The notes under the pieces are model-generated. The model ran no database searches and was not told where the DNA came from. It was given only the letters and a program-made list of their open reading frames with translations. A stretch of 47,506 nt of DNA from Catajapyx aquilonaris (Eukaryota), in assembly GCA_000934665.2 (NCBI GenBank), contig JYFJ02002996.1, forward strand, positions 1 through 47,506, in the 5' to 3' direction. The stretch's first letter is position 1. Every line of letters starts with the position of its first letter. Shown here piece after piece: positions 1 to 9,600 of this stretch. A program made the translations under genes and the position numbers.

Positions 1-14
1 AAAAGAAGCGACGT

Positions 15-86
15 CTTCCTTTCAGGATTCGATCCTTCAACCTTCTGGTTACGAAGAGAGAGTCTTAACCACTAGACCACTGCGCT
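15..86 (-). pseudogene. tRNA-derived SINE head or tRNA pseudogene
   Basis: Minus strand AGCGCAGTGGTCTAGTGGTTAAGACTCTCTCTTCGTAACCAGAAGGTTGAAGGATCGAATCC has A-box and B-box motifs at tRNA spacing, but the stems do not close. Confidence 0.6.
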
Positions 87-736
87 ACTTCGATACTAAC
101 ACTCTCTCCAGCATGTACTTATTGTAAAGAAAGGGCGCCACAAAATTCAACAATCACCATACAATATTTGATTTAGGTTACATTTTTTAGCCTTATTAGT
201 GTGCTAATAAGTAAAAGAATGTGATAATTTGTGTTTCAGTTATATCAAGTAAAAATGCATATTCATTATACAGTACGGTATGTTATCAGAAACCATTATT
301 TTCGCGGCTTTTCCAGTTTTCCCGCCACTTCTTCCACCCTTTTCTCCCAGTCTCCCAGTCTGATATCTTTTCTCCAACTGAACCTGCGTTACTGAGCTAG
401 TCAGGGTGTGACCTGAGGTCATGGGTCACATAATGTATTGTACTGTATAAAGCATATACACGATATACCTACCAGCTGTGTCCTTCTTTCTGAAGATTTG
501 GAAATGGCCACCCTATACCTGCTAGCTGCTACAGAAGGCCTAAAAAAGGACATGTCCACTAAAAGAAAATAATACATTCCCACACATGAAGAGCATCGAC
601 TCTCACACTCGTCAAAAACAAACAAAAAATTATAAGAAACTGCGTATGTTCCCAAATTATTCTGTCTGCAGTACGCCACCCCCATCATCACAGGATGTTA
701 CTCTCGAACTGATATACTTCAAGGGGTACGCTATAC

Positions 737-853
737 GTGTATCCATGGTACACAGCGTTGCAATTTTTTAAAAAAATGCACATTGTGTACTGCATTATGT
801 ACATTAGTTAGTACAATGCAGTACACAATTTGCTGTGTATACCATGCATACAC
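737..853. repeat. Imperfect palindrome, MITE-like
   Basis: Inner arms ATTGTGTACTGCATT / AATGCAGTACACAAT; outer arms GTATCCATGGTACACAGC / GCTGTGTATACCATGCATAC. Confidence 0.6.
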
Positions 854-1933
854 ATTGTTTTTAGAGCGCTTAAAACTTGTCATAGATAAAATCCTGCTCT
901 ATTGAAAAAATACTTGTGGATCGCTGCGAGAGCCAATAATAAATTGATATGAAGAAATTAATATGAAGAAAAGATAACTAACTCTGCTCGAGTTTATGTG
1001 CAGGAAGCGCTCACCTACAATCCTGTAGTGTTGACGAGTACAAAATGAAGGATTAAAAATTGTCAAAAAAATTATCTAAAAATATGAACGTGGATCAGTT
1101 AAAAAACATAATAACTTAAGAATGCCGACTGCTCGAAACATTTATTATGCACATTTAATGGGAGGTTCCTGGTTACAATTAAGCATTGCGAATGGTTCAA
1201 CGAGATTGATAGTACCTGATGCAGTTGTGAACTGGGTTGTCTGAAAATCAGGTATGACGCACATTATCTAGATTCAATTTTTTTGCCATTATTAGCTCCA
1301 TATTAGCCACTAGACCAATGCAACACATGGCAAATATCTACTGCATATGCTGCATATGTAAATAACTAGTACTGTAATACAGGCCAATGTTTAACTCGAA
1401 CGAATACTTGAGTAACGGATTTTAATGTTTAGATGCAATGACATGCTATAAATTTGAAGCCTTTTTGATTCTAAATTTCCTTAATAATATACTGTACTTG
1501 CCTCCCTGAAGACCTGGCACCCGAAGACCTGGCACACCGAAATTACTCGTAATTGACCTGGAATCTCAACGAGGAAGAATTTATTGAGGGATAATTAAGG
1601 TTCTTTATTAGCAAGCTTGTTTTTGTTTTTTCCGATCCACAGATATGGACACAACACGCATTACATGAAAAAAGTTAGTCTGTTTAATCGCACATACGTA
1701 TAGATGTAAATTCTGCTAGGTATGATGGTGATGACGGTGCTTCAATATTCCTTCGAGCGTTCCTCTCTGCATTTCTTGCTCTTCCTCCTCCAGGGGGTTT
1801 ATGTGAACAGGAGCTCTGTCCTGCATCTGAGGAAGAGAACAGATAGTTGTGAGACTATTGGTCATCACTCACTTTATAGAGACAGAGACATTAAATATGA
1901 CGTTTGAAATCGTAGATTCGGTTATGCTGAAGT

Positions 1934-2437
1934 AATAAAAATATATAAAAAACCTTTTTAAGAACACGCTTTATATTTCCAAGTGCACTAAAAAGTAGAA
2001 AATAATTTCTTCCTCAATCTTCAGCTTTCGCTTTTACCTTGAACTGAACAGAAGATTCATGACTTTCTTTCCATGGAATTCAGCTACTGCAGTATTGTCT
2101 TGCTTTACTTATATTCTTATGCGGCCTACATGACGAAAAATAAAGCGTGGGCACTAAATGACACATTATCTACTTCCATGGCATGAAATATAACCATGTA
2201 CAGTATTAAAATTTTAGTGCCCACGCTTTATTTTTCGTCATGTAGGCCGTATAAGAATATAAGTAAAGCAAGACAATACTGCAGTAGCTGAATTCCATGG
2301 AAAGAAAGTCATGAATCTTCTGTTCAGTTCAAGGTAAAAGCGAAAGCTGAAGATTGAGGAAGATATTATTTTCTACTTTTTAGTGCACTTGGAAATATAA
2401 AGCTTGTTCTTAAAAAGGTTTTTTATATATTTTTATT
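1934..2437. repeat. Long near-perfect inverted repeat: 225-bp arms (1934-2158, 2213-2437), 54-bp spacer
   Basis: Direct reverse-complement comparison; I found 3 mismatches across the arms. Confidence 0.95.
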
Positions 2438-2649
2438 TTAACTGGTTTTTAGTGATAAAGTGGAAGGAATGACAGATGTATATAGTACATGGGGAGTTAG
2501 GTGAATGGTGCCAGACTGTGATTTGTAATCTTTTCACTTTGTCACTAAAAAACAGTCTGGAGTATTTACTCCCGCCCTGTAGTTTGGAGGAAGCGAACTG
2601 GTTACTGAGAGCTCCGGTGACTGGCGTGGAGATTGCTAACAGACCGACT

Positions 2650-3325
2650 CACGTGACTACTACCGCTAGTAGGTATAGAAGTTGCAAATTCACCATGTGA
2701 CTACTACCGCCAGATGGTAGGAAGGTAGCGAACACAGCCAATCACGTGACTACTACCGCTAGTAGGTATGGAAGTTGCAAATTCACCCATCATGTGACTA
2801 CTACTGCCAGACGGTAGGGAGGTAGCGAACACAGCCAATCACGTCACTACTACCGCCAGATGGTAGGGAGGTAGCGAACACAGCCAATCACGTGACTACC
2901 TCCCGATGATGTGGAGGAAGTAGCGACGGAGATGTGTAGCGATGTGACAACCTCGCGTGACTACTGCCGCCAACTGGCGTTGATGTGGCATAGTCACCCC
3001 TAATGTGAATACCAACCGTTAGATGGTGTGGGAAGGCGAACCGCCTCCTAAAGATGGGAGGGAAGTAGCGACTACTACCGCCATCTGGCGTTGATGTTGC
3101 GAAAGTCACCCCTAATGTGAATCACAACCGTTAGATGGTGTGGGAAGTTGTCACGTCCTCTTCCATCCTATCTTTAGGGGCGGTTCGCCCCTAAAGATAG
3201 GATGGAAGAGGACGTGACAAGTGACAACTAAAGCGAACGCGCTACAGGTGCAGACAGACACCCATCCGGTCACAGACATCACTCACCAGTCACTCACAGT
3301 GAAGCTAATATAAGCGTGTAAAAAA
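2650..3325. mobile_element. Structured tandem array (GTGACTACTACCGC core, about 45-bp units) with a perfect hairpin and CAGA/CACT-rich end; resembles a non-autonomous Helitron/Helentron-type element
   Basis: The repeat units and the 35-bp stem at 3148-3220 are directly visible. The end reads cagacagaca...cactcac...gaagctaatataagcgtgtaaaaaa. The family assignment is inferred from architecture. Confidence 0.5.
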
Positions 3326-3499
3326 GGCGCATTTATTAGTATAATATAGTGTGTATTGTACACAGCCTATACAGAGCATCTATGCCCTTCTTTTGGAGAT
3401 TTGGACATGGTGTCACCCTACATGAAATTATGTTCAATATTATGTGTTACGAACATGTTCATAGGTCTCCTCGCAATGAAGCAATAACTCCTACGAAGT

Positions 3500-3572
3500 G
3501 GGGGTGTATCTCAGTGGTAGAGCGTTCGCTTTGCATGATTCTGAAAGGTCCTGGGTTCGATCCCCGGGACCA
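3500..3572 (+). pseudogene. tRNA-Ala(TGC)-derived pseudogene or SINE head
   Basis: GGGGGTGTATCTCAGTGGTAGAGCGTTCGCTTTGCATG...AGGTCCTGGGTTCGATCCCCGG with a TGC anticodon loop and T6 immediately after. The anticodon stem is interrupted by ATTCT and the acceptor stem is imperfect. Confidence 0.8.
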
Positions 3573-3724
3573 TTTTTTAGCCCCTTGGGATTGGAAGCAC
3601 GACACGAGAGGGAAAAGCTCCCGAAGTTAGAGGCATATTTGTTCATTGTCTGGGAGCACCAGGGAGTACCAAGGAGTACCACTGCAGGTGTACACCGGAG
3701 TACCGAAGTGAGTACCCCCTTGGC

Positions 3725-4379
3725 AGGACAAACGAATATGCAGGGTGGGGAACAGTGGTCATGTTATTTTTTATCAGGAAGTCCCTGACTATACGCGTGA
3801 GGTTTGTGCAGGCGGCATTGTCATGGTGCAGCAACCAATCTAAAAAAATATATATGTGTTCTTCCACATCTCCGGCCATTTGAGCCTAAATCGTCTCAAA
3901 CCATCCCAGTAGGCCCTAATACTTGCCGTTGACAGTTTTACCAGGAGGGAGAAACTCCATATGCATAATTCCTAAAATGTCAAAGAAAATGATCAGCATT
4001 GAGTTGATTTTGCCGCGAACTTGACGCGCCACCTTCGAAGCTGTTAACCCACTCATATATGTTATTGCTCGTCTTACAACTTGCTTATCAAAAGCCTTGT
4101 TCAGCATTCGGTTGGTTGCATCCGAAGTTTTGTTGAGCTGGAAGCAAAATTTACAAATCTTTTGCTCCCTAACATAAGCGATTTCGAAAAATCGCAGAAT
4201 CACAAGAACACGGTGTCAAGAAAACTGCCGAAACTCGGAAACATGTGCACATATGAAGACGAAATTTTTCAGACTAATAGATGAAAGGTGTACCTAGCGC
4301 CCCCTAACGTCACAAGTCGTACCTCCACTGGATTTCACGGTATATCGACAGTCCGGGAACTTTTTGATCACACCTCGTA
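3725..4379 (-). mobile_element. Decayed, internally deleted mariner (Tc1/mariner) transposon
   Basis: Transposase remnants KICKFCFQLNKT (HTH region), ARQVRGKINSMLIIFFDILGIMHMEFLPPGKTVNGKY and WLLHHDNA...VPHPAYS (mariner HDNA and HPPYSPDL region). One TIR-like end, TACGAGGTGTGATCAAAAAGTTCCCGGAC, at 4379-4351. Confidence 0.9.
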
Positions 4380-4476
4380 CACCTTTAAATTATTTCCGTA
4401 GTTTCCATCGATGTGTGGAAGCCGCAAAGAAAGCATACATTCTCTCAAGGGTTCCAAAAAATTTCACACATCACTT

Positions 4477-4547
4477 GGGTGTCACCCCCTTTGAGGGTGG
4501 CACCCGGTGCGGTCCGCACCCCCCGCACCTGCCTAGCGACGCCACTG
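4477..4547 (-). mobile_element. Terminal fragment of a non-autonomous DNA transposon (CAGTGGCGTCGCTAGG end)
   Basis: GC-rich terminus CAGTGGCGTCGCTAGGCAGGTGCGGGGGGTGCGGACCGCACCGGGTGCCACC with an internal dyad (GGGTGTCACCC...GGGTGGCACCC). The partner end is not seen. Confidence 0.5.
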
Positions 4548-6265
4548 CATAACACCCTCCAACTTTTAATATAGCCTACCCTACGTGTGTTTTATTGACA
4601 CTTGGGGTCAATAGGTATGCATTATTTGCAAAATAATGAAAAATATTATTCATATGACATACAGCAAGGGTTATTGTACAGTACATAAGTACACACCTTA
4701 TTGAATTACTACTCTGGTAGCATGAATCCCATCGTCACGATAGTGGTGTACTGTACAGTTTTATGGAAAATACATGCCTGTATCAAATAATTTATTGCTT
4801 AAAACGACGTATTTTAATTTTCACAATATAAAATGAACAGTATAATATATGCTGTGCATAGTTTACTTTAAAGTACTGAGGAAGAAAGGTATGCCCGTTG
4901 TTGTTAATCATGATTGTCCATCTGTTCCTTAATTATTTTTTTCTGTTACGACACGTGAACTATTGCCCTGTTCTGCATATGATCCCTAACTTTTGTGTGC
5001 AGTGTATTCATAAGTAAAATATTACACGGATTTCATAATTGACATTATGAAGTGTATGAGTATGAACACAGGTAGGCACATACTAAATTAATTTACAATC
5101 AAGAGAATAGTACGAATGTCTCAATGGGAAACGATGGGCTGTCAAGAGTCGAACCTATAACAACAAATAAAATGCCTGCAACATAAGTAGACTCTCTTTC
5201 GAGTAGAGTATAGACTATGCTATGGAAAACTATAGACTCCAACCAGAGGGACTGGCAGAGAGAAATGCCGCAGGCGAGCTGTTCAGTGTGGCCCTACCTC
5301 AGGCGGGGTGACAGCAGTTGTGGGCATATATGTGTGCATAGTATAAACAAACATTTTAATCAATTCAAACAACAATATGAAATAATTATATACTCCGTTG
5401 TTATTACAGGGCTCTGTGTAGAGCACCTTTAACAATGGGCTGCAACAATATTAGGGGCAGTTATTGATGTTGTGCATTGAGCTGCTTACTATACTTATTA
5501 AGTGGTTGCTATTAGTAGCCTACAGAGGTTGTTAAAGAATTATTAGTATGTCACAGATACAGCGCACGCCACGTGACTGCATACCCATTGTGCAGGCATG
5601 ATCTGACTTGATTCCAACTCCTCAGTGGGTACTTACCTTTGTCATCTCGCTTAATTTACGACAAACCCATTCCTGTGACATCTTGGCCTCTTTTCAAATC
5701 TTTCAGGGTGCCCATATGGAAATGAGCGAGGATAGGAGTTGCCAGATGTGCAGTACAGAATATAATAGTATGTAAACCACATACCTGCAATTTAATACAG
5801 TATATATCACTTCACTAAAGGTGCCATCTCTGTCTGAACTACAGGTTCCTGTGGGGGAAACTATATGGATACAATAAGAAAGGTGGTAAATTCCTGGAAC
5901 AACTATAACTGTATTCGCTCCTCCATAATATACACCTGATCACTTTTTGTCCCATCCACACATTCAACAAAAAGAAACAACGACAATGCCACGTCATGAA
6001 AGCGCCCGGCCTTTGATTGTCATCGTCCACTGTGTTACAGTATATTAATCCCTCTCTCTTCAAAAAGGCACATCCCTCTCTCAAATAGTCACGCATCGCA
6101 GTAGTACACCAGTCAAACGATGAAAAACTGATTTAACTGAATGGTTATTATAAAACGACAACTAACACGGCGCAGGTGGTGGCAATAATAAGAGTTCAGC
6201 CAGATAATTAGTCGTAGAAAGGCACGCTCAGTAGACGCCACCAGGATGTCTCCGGTGCTGGACTG

Positions 6266-6605
6266 TCACCAGACAGGGTCGCCTAGGTGGGGTTGACGGA
6301 ATCGGTCCGTCCCAGCAGAGGCCGGAGGGGTCATGATCAGGCGTCCATCCGGGACCGCCTTGAAAGGGGATGACCCCCGCCGGTGGATGTGGTGGTGGGG
6401 GTGTTGCTGGTCCGATTGGGGTCGAGAACAGAACCTCATCCTGCCCCCCACCAGAGCTCTGTCGCACTCGGCCTCGCTCAGCTCTCGGCTGCTGTCCAGA
6501 CCCGAGGTGAAGGCGGTCTCCTCTGTGGTCATCGACAGCCCCGGTCCGAGGCCACCCAGACCGATGAGGTACTTCCTCCGAGACGGTGAGTGGCTCCTGC
6601 TGCTG
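6266..6605 (-). CDS. Dscam2: Dscam probable terminal coding exon (...SRELSEAECDRAL...HLGDPVW*)
   Basis: Phase-2 acceptor CCCCCGTTGCAG|C matches the upstream phase-2 donor. Contains the ELSEAECD motif. TGA at 6268-6266. Confidence 0.78.
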
Positions 6606-9600
6606 CTGCAACGGGGGACAACTTTTGACTCGATCGTAGGCACCAATTGCCCCCAGTTCTATTAGTATATGAACGGCCCTAGTCTGGACAGCGCAGGTAA
6701 CTTACCCCACAAGAGCAAGTTACCTCCGCTGTCCAGACTAGCGGTGGTAACTTGCCCGTGGTAATTAACCCCATGGATAAGTTACCTCCGATTTTTGTCC
6801 AGACTGAGGGCCCTTTTGACCTTCTTGTTGTTTACCTGGCGCGTCCCCTTTGCTGTTGCTGTTGGTTCAGGAACATGCGGCGCTCGCTGATTGGGGACGG
6901 CTCCGTTGATGTGCTCGACTCCAGGAGGCCTAGCAGGCGACCTGGAGGCAAGACCCATGACTTTGTGTGGGCGAGCACCATAGTTTAGGAGAAACATGCA
7001 GATAGGTTCACAATATTGTGGAGTAGTTATTTTGATGCTGCTACTGTTAGTGTCAACCTATAGGGTGACCACCTCAGCTGAAGGAGCGCTACTTCATCTG
7101 ATGCAAAGTTATTTAACAGGAACTGATACTACAAGCAATTGTCATGAAGGCTCAAAACATTCTATAAACCATTCTTTCTCTTACAGTTTGCAGCTGAATC
7201 ATACACATACTGCTACTTTCTATAAGGATTTGCATCTCATTAAGTGTTCCTGAAACTGAAATATCGATTGGAAACAGGTGATGAGCTATTAGTGTAAGGT
7301 AGAGTCTTGGGTAGAGTGGAGTGTACAGTGAAGTATGCAGTACTAATTTACAAAATATGATAGAAAATTGCAGATCCTTTGGATGGTTACAACTCAAAGT
7401 TAGTTTGTAATTAGTTACAGTGCTGGTAACTTAACGTGAGATGTGTGTGTCAAGCAGTCACTGTAAACTAATTGGGATTCTTCAAAATTGCTACGTACAG
7501 TACAGTGCGTCTCACAGCACAACCCTGCATGTAATTGCTCTTGTGCCATAATTGCAAGCTTCGCATAACTGACACTTATGAAAATTATGATCACTTCTTG
7601 TTGCAATGCCGCAGTCTACTACAGTAGTTACAGCTAAAATGATCCTAATTTCGCATTATTGTTGTGTCGAGGAATTCGGGTTGGTGTGAAGTTTCCTGAG
7701 TCTTTTTATTGGTACCGTAAAATTCATTAAGGCATTTCTAAATACCCATTATTAGCTAAATGTTTGAAATGCAGATAACAATATAATATTGCACGGAAAA
7801 AATATAGTAAACTAACCAAGTAATGTGGATTATTGTGACCCGTTATATGTGATGCTGTGATAGCGAGCCTACCAGGCACTGAGGGATAATAAACTGCATA
7901 CTGTATATTGTGTAAACCTATCACATATAACACAATGATATTGTTATTTGTATATTATGAAGCATAAACCTACCACTGCAATTGAAGACCTCGGGGGAAG
8001 AAAGACCAAAGTCCACTTTTTGCCAAAAATGAGTTACATATCTCAGAAGATACTTTCCCTAGAGTAGAATATGATGCTTTGGTCGTGGTTGTGGAGTAAT
8101 GATCATAGGTCACTATGGAAGGCCCTGAAATTGGGAATTACAATGGGCCCTCAAAATTTAAAATTAGATTATCTCAGTTTCACAAGAGGTGGACCTTGAT
8201 CGTTTTTCTCCAGAGGTGTTCAATTATCATAAGCTAAGTTGGAAATGTAAGCAGTTGCAGGAGTATATGCTTATTCTCACAGTTGAAATCAATATTAATA
8301 TCTACCTCAGAGACACACGTGTTCCCAAAGATACTCTACAGGTGGTCACCCTAAAATGTCGACTGATTATTTATTAGTGCAGCTGCCAGAAGATGTGACA
8401 GTGGTATAGTAGTTGTGGCGTGCAGAAGTCGAAGGCGGAGTCAGAAACGGACAGCGGGACTCACACTATTGCATTCACTCGCTCCCAATAAGAAAGAAAG
8501 ATATACATGGCATGCAGGTGGTGAGTGCAACAGTGAAAGTGATGTGTATTCGAGAGGTAAACAAGGCAAAGAGTGATAAGAATTCCGAGGAGCTGTCACC
8601 TACCTGCACACCCGCAAGTCCCGTTTCCCGTTTTTTTCCGTACTTGTCGCAACGTGTCTGGTGTTTAAAGAGTCCGAAACTTTTTTTTGTTCTTTTTTTC
8701 TGATATATATATTTTTTGCTGCATTTTTTTGCTAGCTAGTATTTGGCTACAAACTTACTGTGGTGAATGTTACTCTGAGTGTAGGATTGGGAACTGGAAG
8801 ACTTGTCTCGAGTCCCCCCGCCTCCCCCGCGGAGGTCCTCAAGTTGGTTGGAAGATTCGGTTCGGCTCGAAGTCCCATGTTCTGTGTCTGAGTCGGAGCC
8901 TAGCGAGTCGTACTCTTCGCTTTCCGAGCGAAACGACTTGCGCTTCGGGCTCTTCGTTTTTCTCACATGGCAGTACTCATCTGTGTCTAGCTAGAAGGAA
9001 AGAAGGTGACGCGGTCTCCTTAGTTCCCTCTCCTCTCAAATTCAATATTGATGAACTCTGCTCCAGACCCTCAAATTGATCCAAAAATTTTGCAATATGT
9101 AGGCTAATGAGTTTGGAAGAGAGCTCTACAATGTCTGATTCATAAAACATTCGGCGTACCGTGCGACACGCCATGGTCTCTGGGTCCCGTTTCATGGAGT
9201 CGTGGAACAGGAACGTCTGGAACGCTTTCTGTCGCGAAGGTGTCTCTGGGTTCTTCTGCACTTGGAATGTTGCGTATGGGTAGATGTCATCGCCATATTC
9301 TTGAGGAGAAAAATTTCTATTGTAATTAAAATTTTCCTACCACCCCCAAACGGGTTGTGATCATTATAAACCAATATGGCCACGTACTTTATAATATTAG
9401 TCGTCGTGAGTGCGATTATGCAAATAAGGCGATAACGTTAAAAAAAATCTCGTCTAACCATTAATTCCTGATTAGCAGCATTCTCATAATGGAACCTGGG
9501 GAACTTGCCAAATGATTACTTAAAACAGGGCTCCCTAAAAGCCATCCATTAATGACTCTAGTGCCTGCTTTTGGCACCAACTGCAAAGTTGAAACTTGGT

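Noticed and set aside
2650..3150. CRISPR-like repeat/spacer appearance
   Set aside because: The intervening sequences recur rather than being unique spacers, there are no cas genes, and the context is eukaryotic.
6606..6660. Upstream acceptor (TAG|AAC at 6658) giving the MVPTIESK start of the listed ORF
   Set aside because: It is phase 0 for the conserved frame and incompatible with the phase-2 upstream donor; using it leads to an early stop.
6228..6997. Second open reading frame running through the last two Dscam exons (ending HPGGVY)
   Set aside because: I found no splice event that would enter this frame. The region is GC-rich and stop-poor, and the conserved motifs are in the other frame.
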